NCBI GenBank assembly: GCA_041690135.1
Contig: JAWLHY010000011.1
Coordinates: 128,001-192,000, forward strand
From: Armatimonadota bacterium
Lineage (GTDB): Bacteria; Armatimonadota; SYMT01
Length of the DNA: 64,000 bases
Direction: 5' to 3'
Positions within the stretch are counted from its first letter, which is position 1. Every line of letters begins with the position of its first letter. The notes under the pieces were generated by a model, which worked only from the letters and a program-made list of their open reading frames with translations, was not told where the DNA came from and ran no database searches. The position numbers and the translations under genes were made by a program. Positions 30,061-40,505 of this stretch are shown one piece after another.

Positions 30061-31608
30061 ATGCCGAACACCCTGTTGTCTCTTCCCAGGTTTCTCGCCC
30101 TTTCCGGAACGGCTGTCGTCCTGATTACCGGTTTGCGGATCGCCTCGCAGTGCCGGGCCGCGCCGGCCGCTGCCCTGGAGCAGGCGCCGGCACTATCCGT
30201 AGGCCCCGCCCCCACCGCGAAGCCGGCCCCGCCCCCCGCCGACGCGCTGGACGTGACCGACTTCGGTGCTCTTCCGGCGGAAGGAGGCGACGACACCGCG
30301 GCTTTACAGAAGGCGTTCGATGCCGCGGACCGGCAGGGTCGTGACGTGTACCTGCCCCCGGGGCACTACGGGATCACCCGCACCCTCACCTTCCGGGCTA
30401 ATGGAAGGACGCTCTGCGGCGCGGGTCCGCGCTCCGTTCTCGCCGGGGATACGAACCGGATACCGTTGCTGCAACTCGATCACACCCTGCGCGCCACCAT
30501 CCGCGACCTGCGTTTCGAGGGGAGTCACGTCAACCAGCAGAACCAGAACGACAAGCCGGCCATCGACCTGGTGTCCGCCGCCGAGACGCGAATCCTGCGC
30601 GTCCACACCTTCGGGACCGGTTATCTGGCGCGCGATACCGGGGCGATGAAGACGACCCTGGAAGACTGTATCTGCGAGGACTACGGCCGCATTGGTTACC
30701 TGGTCGGCACCGGGGGCACGGCGCGGCGGTGCCGGTTCATCTGCCGGGATGATTGGAAGTTCGAGGGCCAGATGAACGGCATCTACGCCTCTGCCGGCAA
30801 GCGGGACATCCTGGTGGAAGAGAATGAATTCATCCACTGCGGGATGTATGCGATGACCCTCTGGGGCTCGCAGAGCGGCGTGTGGACGGAAAACATCACT
30901 ATCCGGCGCAACCGCTTCGACCGGTGCGAAAAGGGATTCGTCGTGGCCGCGGGCCCAAACGGCCCCCGGTACCGGAACGTGCGCTTCACCGGCAACGTGA
31001 TGCGCAACTCGGGCGAAAAAAGCATCCATGTCGGCAAGTTCAACGGCTCCACCGCGGATGGGACCGCGCTGCTGATCGAGGACAACGTGTTCGAGGACCC
31101 CGGCGCGGACATGAGCATCTTCCTCACCAACTGGGCCGAGAAGGCGCCGATCACCGGGGTGCGGATCAGCAACAACCGGTTCCTCTCCCCAGAGCGCTCT
31201 GCCTACAACGGTCTCTTCGTTTGGCAAGCGAAGCCGGAAGCCGAGCTTTCGGACGTGTTGATCGAGAAGAACCTGTTCAAAGACTTCGGTCACCACGCTC
31301 GCCAGGAGAAGGCGCATGCCGCCATCTATCTCAAGGCGGGTTCCCGGGTCACGGTTCGCGGCAACACCTTTCAGCCTTTCACCGGCGCGGGCGCCAGCCG
31401 CGACGTGGCTGCCGTGCGGGTCGACCCGGCCATGCGGAAAGCGGTCATCGAGGATAACCGTTTCCTCGGGAACGGTCGGGGCCGCTACTTCGCGGTTCAG
31501 GTCACCGGTAATGGTGCCGCCGGCTCCGTCTTCCGCAACAATACCCTGCGCAAGAGCCAGGTTGCACCCGCGGACATCGCCACCTCCGCCAACCGCACGG
31601 AGCCCTGA
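30061..31608 (+). CDS. Secreted right-handed parallel beta-helix (pectate-lyase-like) protein
   Basis: DVTDFGA...GDDTAALQKAFD...VYLPPGHY N-terminal motif and repeated I-x-x-N-x-F coils. Start could be 30040 or 30061. Confidence 0.85.
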   Translation: MPNTLLSLPRFLALSGTAVVLITGLRIASQCRAAPAAALEQAPALSVGPAPTAKPAPPPADALDVTDFGALPAEGGDDTAALQKAFDAADRQGRDVYLPPGHYGITRTLTFRANGRTLCGAGPRSVLAGDTNRIPLLQLDHTLRATIRDLRFEGSHVNQQNQNDKPAIDLVSAAETRILRVHTFGTGYLARDTGAMKTTLEDCICEDYGRIGYLVGTGGTARRCRFICRDDWKFEGQMNGIYASAGKRDILVEENEFIHCGMYAMTLWGSQSGVWTENITIRRNRFDRCEKGFVVAAGPNGPRYRNVRFTGNVMRNSGEKSIHVGKFNGSTADGTALLIEDNVFEDPGADMSIFLTNWAEKAPITGVRISNNRFLSPERSAYNGLFVWQAKPEAELSDVLIEKNLFKDFGHHARQEKAHAAIYLKAGSRVTVRGNTFQPFTGAGASRDVAAVRVDPAMRKAVIEDNRFLGNGRGRYFAVQVTGNGAAGSVFRNNTLRKSQVAPADIATSANRTEP

Positions 31609-31788
31609 CGTCTCCGGCGGCGTTTCCCGGCTGAAGAACGACGCAGATCTACGCCCCACCGGGGTGTACGAAGGGCACAGAGAGAATCGCGAAGGGTCTT
31701 TGGAGGATACTCCTCGTTTCGGTGGCGAATGGAGAGGGGGAGAGCGCTTGGGAGTAAACCCCATCCTCGTTGACCAGGAGTTTGACCG

Positions 31789-32277
31789 ATGCTGAAGTGG
31801 AGTTTGGGCCTGGCGACCCTGATGGTTGCCAGTGCGGCGTTTGCGGCCGACGTAAAGATGACCGGGGTTCACAACTGCTGCGGCGGTTGTGCGATGAACA
31901 TCAAGTCCGTCCTCGAGAAGGCGGGCGCCACCAATATCAACGTGAATAAGGGTGATGTCAGCTTCGCGCACGAACAGCCCCGGATGGCAGTCCGCGCGCT
32001 GTACGCCGCCGGTTATGCCGGAAAGATCGAAGGTGGCCGCGCACCCGGCACGCGCCGAGCCCAGGGGATCACCGGCAAAACGCTCAAGGTGGAGGGCGTC
32101 CATCTCTGTTGCGGTGCCTGCGTGAAGGCGGTGAACGATGCCGTGGCCAAGCTCGGTAAGACCGACGCGAAGGCGAAGGAGACCACCTTCACCATCACCT
32201 CCGAGAACGACCTGGATGCGGTGGCCGTGTTGAACGCGCTGCGAGCCGCCGGCTTCAACGCGCGAATCTCGAAGTAG
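31789..32277 (+). CDS. Secreted tandem HMA-like metal-binding protein
   Basis: RBS AGGAG, signal peptide, two repeats GVHNCCGGC and GVHLCCGAC. Confidence 0.75.
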   Translation: MLKWSLGLATLMVASAAFAADVKMTGVHNCCGGCAMNIKSVLEKAGATNINVNKGDVSFAHEQPRMAVRALYAAGYAGKIEGGRAPGTRRAQGITGKTLKVEGVHLCCGACVKAVNDAVAKLGKTDAKAKETTFTITSENDLDAVAVLNALRAAGFNARISK

Positions 32278-32347
32278 GGTACGATCCTCCTCGGAGGCAC
32301 ACCGGCACGGAAAGTGCCGCGGGGAAAGGCGCGAAGAGGCTGGAGAC

Positions 32348-32372
32348 GTAACCAGTCGCGCTGTCTTTCGTC
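32348..32372 (+). promoter_or_regulatory. Possible ECF-sigma promoter
   Basis: GTAAC-N16-CGTC, ~65 nt upstream of ATG 32439. It fits the generic ECF AAC/CGT signature but is short enough to occur by chance. Confidence 0.3.
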
Positions 32373-32438
32373 CTCCTCTGTATCAGGGCCGGGGCTCCGG
32401 TGCTGGAGCCCCGGTATCCGGAAGTGAGGAGGAAACCC

Positions 32439-34376
32439 ATGGCTGCAGAGAAGGGGCAGAGTCGTATCCGGATGGGTCGTGGGGGAGGGTCCGACCCGAA
32501 GCGAGACCGAGAGAGTGGTCGTGGGCGTCGATGGGGTGGGTTCACGCTCATCGAATTGCTGGTGGTGGTCGCCATCATCTCCGTGCTTACCGGGATCCTC
32601 CTCCCGGTAATGTTCCGCGCCCGGGAGGTCGCCCGGAAGCGGGCGGCGCAGGAGAAGACCCAGGCCAGCCCCTCGCCGGCGGCCGACGCCCTGCGGCCCG
32701 CGGGGACGCCACCCCTCACGGAGCTTCCCGTGGGACCACCGCCCATCATCGACCGGCTCGACCTGCAGATGGCGCTGGCGCCGAGTTACCACCGGATCGG
32801 GATGGACGTGTACACCCGCTACCGTCTCGACTGCTCCGGAAAGGTGGTGTTCCGCCATCCGGGCGGAGCCGCGGGGGAGAAGCAGGTGAGCCCGGTGCTC
32901 CTCGTGGTGCCGTTTCCCGCCGGAATCGTGGAAGCGCGGGACGTGCAGATCAGCCTGTCGCGAACGGGCGCCAACAGGCAACCCGTGGCGCTGACGGCCA
33001 GCAGTGTCGTTTACGACAAGTCCGGCATCTACTGCCTCTATCCGGCCCGTCCGGAGCAGCCGGTAACGGCGAGCGTGCAGTTCGTGGCCCTGGGGCGCGA
33101 CCAGTTCAATTACGCCCTACCGCCGGCGCGTCAGCTTCGCTCCGTGGCGGTGTCGCTCCAACTCTCCGGCGCCGGCGGCCGCATCATTCCGGACGACTCC
33201 CTCCAGCCCAGCATGGCGAGCGCGGACCAGGTGCGCTGGGAGTTCCAGAACCTGGTCAGCTACCGCCGGATCACCGTGGAGATCCCGGCCGCGGAAACGC
33301 CGCTGGCGCGGATGCTCCTGCTGCTGCGGTTAGTGGCGGTGGCGGTGCTCTTCTTCGGAGCCGGGTTCTGGTACCTCAGCGAGCGGGGACGGCCGGGGCA
33401 GCTCGATCGGTTCCGGTTGGGGCATTTCCTGCTGCTGGCACTCACCTACTCTCTCTTCTTCGCCATCTTCGCCGTCCTGGAATTCCACGGTACACTCGGC
33501 ACTCCTGGAGCGATGGCCGTGTCGGCAGCCCTCTCCCTGCCCCTACTGGTGCTGCACGTTTCTCGCGTGCTCGACGCGCGGTTCGCCGTCACCCGCGTGA
33601 TCCCGCTGGCCGCCTTCACCCTGGGGCTGGTGATCAACGGTGTTTATGGCGGCGGGCTGCGGGACTACGTCTTCATCGGCGCGGCGGTTCTGCTGATGGG
33701 CTGCCTCACGGTGGACTACCAGTCCTGGGCGGAGGTCCGGGACCAGTATCGCCAGGAGAAGGATCGCGCCTATTCCGAACGACGCCGCGAGCTGATCGAA
33801 GGAATCACCGCGGAACTGGGTCGCCAGATGGCCGAGGTGGCCGCCGCCGAAGCACAGTCCGGTGATCTGCTGCGAGTGGCTTGCCACCGGGCTTCCGCAG
33901 GCTCGGACCTTACCCGCACGCGCCTGGAGCGGGCCCGGGAGTCTCTGGTGGAGTTACGGGAAGAATACGATAAGCTCGTGAAGCGTCTCCGGGCTCTGCC
34001 CACCGAGCCCGGCTGGGAGGCGCACGAGACCTGCTCCCACATGGAGCGGGAAGCGGCGGCGTTCCAGGAGCGGCTCCAGTCGCATCTTTCTCACCTGCTG
34101 GTGGAGATGGACGGCTACCGCGCGGCGCTCAAGCCGGAGTCGACTGATCCCTCCGCCGGTGAGAGCCACTGTGCGGCCTGTGGAAAGGCGGCTCCCCGAG
34201 CCCCGTTCTGCCTCCATTGCGGAAGCGCGCGTCCCGCGGTGGAGACTTGCTCCGGCTGCGGGGAACGGACGATCGTGCCGCTGCACCTGTTAGGCAAGAA
34301 AGCCGCGACCGGACCGCTCTTCTGTGCTGGCTGTGGTACAAGCGTTCTTCCCGGTGAGTATTCGAGCCACTCCTGA
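32439..34376 (+). CDS. Prepilin-type N-methylation leader fused to a polytopic membrane (CreD-like?) domain, coiled coil and double zinc ribbon
   Basis: RBS GAGGAGG; G|FTLIELLVVVAII; ~6 TM segments; C-terminal CAAC, CLHC, CSGC, CAGC. Confidence 0.75.
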   Translation: MAAEKGQSRIRMGRGGGSDPKRDRESGRGRRWGGFTLIELLVVVAIISVLTGILLPVMFRAREVARKRAAQEKTQASPSPAADALRPAGTPPLTELPVGPPPIIDRLDLQMALAPSYHRIGMDVYTRYRLDCSGKVVFRHPGGAAGEKQVSPVLLVVPFPAGIVEARDVQISLSRTGANRQPVALTASSVVYDKSGIYCLYPARPEQPVTASVQFVALGRDQFNYALPPARQLRSVAVSLQLSGAGGRIIPDDSLQPSMASADQVRWEFQNLVSYRRITVEIPAAETPLARMLLLLRLVAVAVLFFGAGFWYLSERGRPGQLDRFRLGHFLLLALTYSLFFAIFAVLEFHGTLGTPGAMAVSAALSLPLLVLHVSRVLDARFAVTRVIPLAAFTLGLVINGVYGGGLRDYVFIGAAVLLMGCLTVDYQSWAEVRDQYRQEKDRAYSERRRELIEGITAELGRQMAEVAAAEAQSGDLLRVACHRASAGSDLTRTRLERARESLVELREEYDKLVKRLRALPTEPGWEAHETCSHMEREAAAFQERLQSHLSHLLVEMDGYRAALKPESTDPSAGESHCAACGKAAPRAPFCLHCGSARPAVETCSGCGERTIVPLHLLGKKAATGPLFCAGCGTSVLPGEYSSHS

Positions 34377-34421
34377 GGTAGAGGCAACTGACGTCCGATA
34401 TCAGCCACGGGGGACCCGAAC

Positions 34422-34850
34422 CGCAGGGAATGCGACGTGCATCCGGCGGAGCTAGAACCGCCCCAATCCGAAGCCCTGGGAACTGATCCCGTTGCGCCAA
34501 GCCGTGGTCGCTTCGATACCAGAGCCGTCACCGCTTCGCACGACGGGATCACCACCATCACGGCGGAACGCTACTGCGAGACGTTCCCTACCGGTGCGGT
34601 TGCCAAACGAACGTGCTGGTGTCATGACCGAGTGGGGTGACCTTGGGTCCTGACGTAGTAGGGAATGTGACGCCGTTCCATTCCGCAGTCAGTGGAATTG
34701 ATCCCGTTCGGCCAAACCGAGGGCACTTCCCAGACCGCAGCTTACATGGCTCTGCCCAAGGGCAGCAGGTCTAGAACAGCGGAAAGCTACGGTAACATCC
34801 GGCGAAGTTCGGACTCTATGCTCCGCCGGGTGTAAGTCACATTCCCTGCG
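34422..34850. repeat. REPIN-like cluster (GTAGGGAA... / ...TTCCCTAC units)
   Basis: Two units at 34423-34591 and 34658-34849. 34658-34688 is the exact reverse complement of 61373-61403. Confidence 0.8.
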
Positions 34851-34956
34851 ATCTGTGTCACCTACGGAGAATCCGGACCAGGATGGCGTTCACGCAACTC
34901 CCCATGCGCGCACATTGGAACGGAGAAGTGAGCGCCGTACTTATCGGATGCACCCC

Positions 34957-35862
34957 TCAGCCGGTCGCACTCAGGGCGGGAATCAAATGGGTGTAGAGAT
35001 CGACCATCGCTTCCAGGTCGGAGAGGCGACACTCTTCGTGGGGGGTGTGGCTGTGCTTCTGGGGTGCGCCGATGAACACCCAGTCGATCGGGAACGTGCT
35101 GCGTTCGATCCAGCTTCCGTCGGAGCCGCCGCTGCTCTCGACTTCCCGCTGGAAGGGAATGCCGCTTTCTTCCGCGGCCGCGACGACCTGGTCCAGGAAG
35201 CGCCGACGCGGTACGGACCGGTCGCGGAAGCTGATCGCCGGCCCCTTGCCGTTCTTGATCGAACCGGTATCCCAGGTAATGTCCGAGATGAGCGCGCGGG
35301 TGATGCCCAGCTCTTCGAAGACGAGCTTCGACCCCATCAATGCGCCCCGGCCGGAGTGCTCTTCGCCGGGGGTAAAGACGACGGCCACGTCCTGGCTGCG
35401 CTCCAGGGTCATCAGCGCGTTCCACACCCCGGCGCGGTTGTCCAGGTAAGGGCCGACAATCTTGTCCTTGCGAATGACGAGCGGCTCGGCGTACACCCAC
35501 CGGCTGCCCGGCTCCCCCGCCTTACCGGAGAGCCGCCACTCGGGCCGGTCCCCCTTCTGGCGCAGCTTGAGGCGGCCTTTCCCCTTACCCCCGACTTCCC
35601 GGAGACGCTCGTCGCCCTCCACGTGCGGCCCGCCGATGGCGATCAGCGCGCGGTCGTAGCCGAGAGTGAAGCCGATGGTATCCGTGTGGGCGAAAATCGC
35701 CACCCGGGGTTCGCCGCGCACGGCCAGTACCAGGTCCGCCACCCGCCGGACGCGGGTCCGGGGGAGAGTGGCGCACCGGGCTTCTAGGAAGTCGGCAAGG
35801 GCGCCTTCGTCCCCGGAGGGTCCGGGAATCTGCTGCAACTCGAGGAGGAGATCAAAATCCAT
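34957..35862 (-). CDS. M42/M20/M28-clan metallo-aminopeptidase
   Basis: PGPSGDE, AHTD, LDNRAG, GEEH, GGSDG, HSHTPHE metal ligands. Start at ATG 35862. Confidence 0.85.
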   Translation of the reverse strand: MDFDLLLELQQIPGPSGDEGALADFLEARCATLPRTRVRRVADLVLAVRGEPRVAIFAHTDTIGFTLGYDRALIAIGGPHVEGDERLREVGGKGKGRLKLRQKGDRPEWRLSGKAGEPGSRWVYAEPLVIRKDKIVGPYLDNRAGVWNALMTLERSQDVAVVFTPGEEHSGRGALMGSKLVFEELGITRALISDITWDTGSIKNGKGPAISFRDRSVPRRRFLDQVVAAAEESGIPFQREVESSGGSDGSWIERSTFPIDWVFIGAPQKHSHTPHEECRLSDLEAMVDLYTHLIPALSATG

Positions 35863-35878
35863 TGGGGGAGGACCGCCC

Positions 35879-35916
35879 GCGGGGAGACGGCTACCCGCAG
35901 GCAGCCGTCTCCCCGC
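35879..35916 (-). terminator. Stem-loop downstream of mdh
   Basis: GCGGGGAGACGGCT-N10-AGCCGTCTCCCCGC, a perfect 14-bp stem; no clear U tract. Confidence 0.5.
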
Positions 35917-35927
35917 CAAGCCAACCG

Positions 35928-36938
35928 TTACAGGTTCGGGTTGAATGCCTTCCACTGGTCCACGGGCGGAAGAATGCCGGTGGCGATCACCTCATCGCGC
36001 AGCTTGCAGAGGTGCTCGTAGCTCTCCCGCAGGGCCGCCATGTCATCCTCCGCGCCCTGGGGCGGGATCGGCTTCAGGCCGTCCGGCGTGAACTCCACGT
36101 CCGCCGCCATCATCACGTTGGCGAACTCGCCCTCGCGGAAGTAGACGCCGCAGGGCCACGGGTAGTTGCCGCCCTGGATGCGGCCGCGCAGCATCTCCAC
36201 GCTCTGGTGTGAGGGGGACTGGAAGGAAGACCGACCCCGCAGCTTGATGATGCGCGCGCCGCCGTTGCGGACGTCGTTCTGGATGGCCGTCCACTCCTCG
36301 GCGGAAAGGCCCTTGCCGTTCACCGTGGCGCCCGCCAGGATATCGGTGAGCTTGGTGCCCTGGATGGCGAGGTCGCCCTTGAACACGGCCATTTTCTCGC
36401 CGTGCCCGCCATAGGTGCGGCAGCCGGTCACCTCGTCCTGCACCACTCCGAAGTGCTGGGCCAGGCGGGACTGGAGGCGGGTGCTGTCCAGCGCGGCCAG
36501 GGTGCTGACGCAGCCCGGCTTGAGGCCGGAGTGGACCAGCGCGGTGAGACCGGTGATGTCGGCGGGGTTGAAGATGACGACCACGAACTCCGCGTTCGGG
36601 CTGTACTTCTTGATGTCCTCGCCGAGGCCCTTGGCGATCTCGCAGTTGCCCTTGAGCAGGTCCTCGCGGGTCATGCCTTCCTTGCGGGGAGCGCCGCCGG
36701 AAGAGATGATGTAGGCCGCGTCGGTGAGCGCCTCCGCCACGTCCGTCGTCCAGGTGACGCGGGCGCCGGGGAACGCGCAGTGGTAGATCTCCTCCGCCGC
36801 GCCTTCCAGCCCCGCCGCGAACGGGTCGTACATGGCGATGTTATTGGCGGTGCCGGTGGCGAGCAGGTCCTGCACCAGGTTGGACCCGATCGCCCCCGCC
36901 GCCCCCATCACGGCGACCTTCTTATCAGTTAAGTACAT
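35928..36938 (-). CDS. mdh: Malate dehydrogenase
   Basis: GAAGAIG Rossmann motif, PRKEGMTREDL substrate loop, NPAD, LDSTR, GGHG; adjacent to sucCD. Confidence 0.92.
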   Translation of the reverse strand: MYLTDKKVAVMGAAGAIGSNLVQDLLATGTANNIAMYDPFAAGLEGAAEEIYHCAFPGARVTWTTDVAEALTDAAYIISSGGAPRKEGMTREDLLKGNCEIAKGLGEDIKKYSPNAEFVVVIFNPADITGLTALVHSGLKPGCVSTLAALDSTRLQSRLAQHFGVVQDEVTGCRTYGGHGEKMAVFKGDLAIQGTKLTDILAGATVNGKGLSAEEWTAIQNDVRNGGARIIKLRGRSSFQSPSHQSVEMLRGRIQGGNYPWPCGVYFREGEFANVMMAADVEFTPDGLKPIPPQGAEDDMAALRESYEHLCKLRDEVIATGILPPVDQWKAFNPNL

Positions 36939-36960
36939 GGCATAACCTCCGGATGGATTT

Positions 36961-37211
36961 CACCACGGAGACACAGAGGCACGGAGATCGACACAGAGAG
37001 AACCGAAAGGGTAGGCTCTTCCGGTCACCCTCTCGAAATCCAGAGCTTTCAGGTCGCTGGAGATCCGGGCTCCGCAGGCGGGCCGGGCGAAGGTTCCATC
37101 CTCATTGTGGCTTTCGAGGACTACCCGCGACCGAAGGAAGGCGTCACGCTCTTCCGGGCCCTCTTTCCTTTCCTCTCCGTGTGCCCTCTGTGTCTCCGTG
37201 ACTCCGTGGTG
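36961..37211. repeat. Inverted-repeat element of the CACCACGGAGACACAGAG family
   Basis: Left arm caccacggagacacagaggcacggag; right arm ctccgtgtgccctctgtgtctccgtgactccgtggtg. Related arms at ~49302 and ~60525. Confidence 0.75.
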
Positions 37212-37215
37212 AGAC

Positions 37216-38082
37216 TTACGAAAGGCGCTCTTTGACGAGCGCGGCGATGTCGCGGGTGCTGATCGGTACCGGCACACCGGCGGCGGTGAGCGCATCGACC
37301 TTGGCCTGCGCGGTGCCCTTGCCGCCGGAAACGATGGCACCGGCGTGGCCCATTCGCTTGCCGGGAGGGGCCGTGCGGCCGGAGATGAAGCCGATGACCG
37401 GCTTGGTCATCGTCTTGATGTACTCCGCGGCGTCTTCCTCGTCGGAGCCGCCGATCTCACCGATCATCACGACAACCTTCGTCTGCGGGTCGGCTTCGAA
37501 GAGGGGCAGGATATCGATGAACGACTGGCCGGGCACAGGGTCGCCGCCGATGCCGACGCAGGTCGTCTGGCCGAGGCCCTCGCGGGTGAGGCGGCTTACG
37601 GCCTCGTAGGTGAGGGTGCCGCTGCGGGCTACCACACCGACGGGGCCCGGCGTGACGATGTTGCCGGGCATGATGCCGACCTTGGCCTCGCCGGGGGTGA
37701 TGAGGCCGGGGCAGTTGCCGCCCAGCAGGCGGGTCTTGGTGCCGCGGATGTAGTTCACCACGCCGACCATGTCGTTGATCGGGATCCCCTCGGTGATGCA
37801 GACCGCGAGGTCCAGCTCGGCATCCGCCGCTTCGAGGCAGGCGTCGGGCGCGAAGCGCGGGGGCACGAAGATTACGGAGACGTTCGCGCCGGTCGCCTTC
37901 ACGGCTTCCTTCACGGTGTCGAACACGGGCACGTCGTGCAGGGTCTGCCCGCCCTTGCCGGGGGTAACGCCGGCGACCACCTGGGTGCCGAACGCCAGCA
38001 TCTGCTGCGTGTGGAAGGCCCCTTCGCGGCCCGTGATCCCCTGGACGAGGACCTTCGTGTCCTTATTGATCAGTACGCTCAT
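37216..38082 (-). CDS. sucD: Succinyl-CoA synthetase alpha subunit
   Basis: [38 protein letters not shown] (phospho-His). Confidence 0.97.
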   Translation of the reverse strand: MSVLINKDTKVLVQGITGREGAFHTQQMLAFGTQVVAGVTPGKGGQTLHDVPVFDTVKEAVKATGANVSVIFVPPRFAPDACLEAADAELDLAVCITEGIPINDMVGVVNYIRGTKTRLLGGNCPGLITPGEAKVGIMPGNIVTPGPVGVVARSGTLTYEAVSRLTREGLGQTTCVGIGGDPVPGQSFIDILPLFEADPQTKVVVMIGEIGGSDEEDAAEYIKTMTKPVIGFISGRTAPPGKRMGHAGAIVSGGKGTAQAKVDALTAAGVPVPISTRDIAALVKERLS

Positions 38083-39212
38083 TTGCTGGCCAGCTCCACG
38101 ATCTTCGCCGCCGCTTCCTGCATCGTTTCCGCCGGGACGAGGTTGGTCCCCTGCAGGAGGCGCAGCCCTTCTTCCGAGTTCGTACCGGTGAGGCGGACCA
38201 CGATCGGCACCTTTACGTCCACGCGCTTCGTGCCTTCGATGATCCCCTTCGCCACCTCATCGCCGCGGGTGATGCCGCCGAAGATGTTGAACAGCATGCC
38301 CTTGACGTTGGGATCGGAGAGCACCAGGTCCAGGGCGTTCGCCACCACTTCGGCCTTGGCGCCGCCGCCGATGTCGAGGAAGTTCGCCGGGCTGCCGCCC
38401 GCGTCTTTCACCTCGTCCAGCGTGCCCATCACCAGGCCCGCGCCGTTGCCGATGATCCCGATGTCGCCGCCCAGGCGGACGTACTGGAGACCGCGGCGGT
38501 GCGCTTCCGCCTCGATCGGGTCTTCCAGGCCTTCCTCGGCCAGCTCGCCCAGCTCCGGATGCCGGAAAAGGGCGTTGTCGTCGATGTTGATCTTCGCGTC
38601 CGCCGCGATGAGGGTTCCCTCGCCGGTGAGCACCAGCGGGTTGATCTCCGCGATGGAGCAGTCCATGTCGACGTACGCCTTGTAGAGGGCGCGGAGGAAC
38701 GGGATGGCGCCGTTGATGGCGGAGCGGTCGATGCCCGCGCCGAAGAGCGCCTCGCGCATCTGGAACTCGCACAGCCCCAGGGCCGGGTCGATCAGGATCT
38801 TGACGATCTTCTCCGGGTTGGTGGCCGCCACTTCCTCGATGTCGACGCCGCCGGCCGCGCTGACCATCAGCACGTTCTTCCGGGCGGCGCGGTCCAGCGT
38901 GATGCCCAGGTAATACTCCTGCGCAATGTTGCAGGCCTCTTCCACGAGGACTTTCTCCACCGTGAGGCCCTTGATGTCCATCCCCAGGATCTGTGAGGCC
39001 ACCTGCTCGGCCTCTTCCGGGGTATTCGCCAGCTTGATGCCGCCCGCCTTGCCGCGCCCGCCAACGTGAACCTGGGATTTCACGACGACACGCTTTCCGA
39101 GCCGCTCCGCAATCGCCCGCGCTTCCGCCGGGGTCGTGGCCACTTCACCCGCCGGCGTGGGAACGCCGTACCGGGCGAAGACCTGTTTGGCCTGATACTC
39201 GTGGATCTTCAC
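38079..39212 (-). CDS. sucC: Succinyl-CoA synthetase beta subunit
   Basis: [48 protein letters not shown] start at 39212 with RBS GAGGAG. Confidence 0.97.
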   Translation of the reverse strand: MKIHEYQAKQVFARYGVPTPAGEVATTPAEARAIAERLGKRVVVKSQVHVGGRGKAGGIKLANTPEEAEQVASQILGMDIKGLTVEKVLVEEACNIAQEYYLGITLDRAARKNVLMVSAAGGVDIEEVAATNPEKIVKILIDPALGLCEFQMREALFGAGIDRSAINGAIPFLRALYKAYVDMDCSIAEINPLVLTGEGTLIAADAKINIDDNALFRHPELGELAEEGLEDPIEAEAHRRGLQYVRLGGDIGIIGNGAGLVMGTLDEVKDAGGSPANFLDIGGGAKAEVVANALDLVLSDPNVKGMLFNIFGGITRGDEVAKGIIEGTKRVDVKVPIVVRLTGTNSEEGLRLLQGTNLVPAETMQEAAAKIVELASK

Positions 39213-39242
39213 CGAAACACTCCTCTGTGGGGCAATGGGCAC

Positions 39243-39297
39243 TCAGGCATTCGGGTGTTCAGGCATTCAGGTGTTCAGGTGTTCAGGTGTTCAGGTA
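39243..39297. repeat. Octamer tandem repeat (TTCAGGTG)n
   Basis: tcaggcattcgggtgttcaggcattcaggtgttcaggtgttcaggtgttcaggt; the opposite orientation occurs at ~45073-45106 and ~62583-62612. Confidence 0.8.
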
Positions 39298-39590
39298 TGC
39301 GGGTCTGTAGGGTAGCTTCACCCCGCCTTCTGTACGACCTGTCACCCCACTTCCCGTTCGCCCTCTCCTGGCTGAAACCGCGCCCTACCGGGCCCTGGGA
39401 AAAACCCTCTGCAATCGTATCACGGAGGCCTGATCGCAAAAGGTCATGAGGAACGATGATCCACGAACTTCGCAGTGCGGAATTTGCGTTGGCCTCCTTT
39501 GATCCGCCGCAAGGGAGTCTCGTATCCGCCGGTGAACCAGATCACGATAGCGGGTGATTGCCTGTTACCATCCCTTGACCGCGCTTTCCC

Positions 39591-40502
39591 ATGCCATCCG
39601 AAGACCTCCTACCCGTGCCCGAAGGCGGAACGGCGCAGCCAATCGACGAATCGATGAAGGCGTTGCTTCGCAGTCATCCGGGCGCGCTGTTCCGCCTGGC
39701 TCGCCACCCCATCGATCCTGCCCGTGTCCGCATGGAGGACACGGCCATCAATATCCCTGAGATGCGGGCGGACCAGGTCTATATCGTGTCCGGATCCGAC
39801 GGCAACGATGTAGGGGCCATTTACATCGAGTACCAACTCCAACCGCGTCTGGACCGGTTGGCGACCTGGTTCACCAAAGCCGGGACGCTGCACCAACAAC
39901 TAGGCTTGCCCGTGGCGCTGGTTGTGGTCTATCTGGAGCAAGGGGATCGGGTGACTTTCCCGGATCACTACTCCGTGGAAGTGGCGGGGTTTTCAACCCG
40001 GTATGAGTTCACGGCACTGCGTCTATGGGAGCATGCCGACCGGATCCGGAGCGGCGAACTGTGGGAACTGGCGCCTCTTCTGGTCTTGTGCGAGAATAAT
40101 CCTAACGAGGTGACGCTGCGGGAAGAGGTCGCAATTATCACCAGGTCCACACCGGATGCGTCAGAACAAGCCGAATTGTTCGCCATCGCGCTGCGGGTTG
40201 CAGGGAGAAAGTTTGCGCGAGGTCTTGTGGAAGCAATCTTCCGGGAGGAGCTGCCAATGGCACAGGGTGCAACAATCATCGATGACTGGATTGCCGAGGG
40301 CGAGGCCCGCGGTGAAGCCCGCGGCCGGATGGTAGGTCGGGAGGAGGAGGCGCGACGCCTGCTCCGCGAAGCCCTGCGACTGCGGTTTGGGGCGGTGCCC
40401 GAAACACTGGATGCGCGCATCGAAGCGGCCGACGTGGACGCGTGTGAGGCGCTGTTCCGCAAGGCTGTGCTGGCCACCACCCTCGATGAGGTGATCCACT
40501 AG
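39591..40502 (+). CDS. Rpn/YhgA-like PD-(D/E)XK nuclease (DUF4351-type C-terminus)
   Basis: RADQV...IYIEYQ core, LAPLLVL, GEARGEARG repeat, LRLRFGAVP C-terminus. Confidence 0.75.
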   Translation: MPSEDLLPVPEGGTAQPIDESMKALLRSHPGALFRLARHPIDPARVRMEDTAINIPEMRADQVYIVSGSDGNDVGAIYIEYQLQPRLDRLATWFTKAGTLHQQLGLPVALVVVYLEQGDRVTFPDHYSVEVAGFSTRYEFTALRLWEHADRIRSGELWELAPLLVLCENNPNEVTLREEVAIITRSTPDASEQAELFAIALRVAGRKFARGLVEAIFREELPMAQGATIIDDWIAEGEARGEARGRMVGREEEARRLLREALRLRFGAVPETLDARIEAADVDACEALFRKAVLATTLDEVIH

Positions 40503-40505
40503 GGA

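Noticed and set aside
30304-32103. 599-aa minus-strand ORF, and similar long ORFs such as 6771-8210, 42477-44033, 51038-52504 and 56004-57746
   Set aside because: These are antisense or alternative-frame shadows of well-supported genes. They are expected at this GC content and carry no motifs.
34780-34850. Possible RNase P or other ncRNA in the long intergenic gap
   Set aside because: The conserved GAGGAAAGUCC core is absent; the region is explained by REPIN units.
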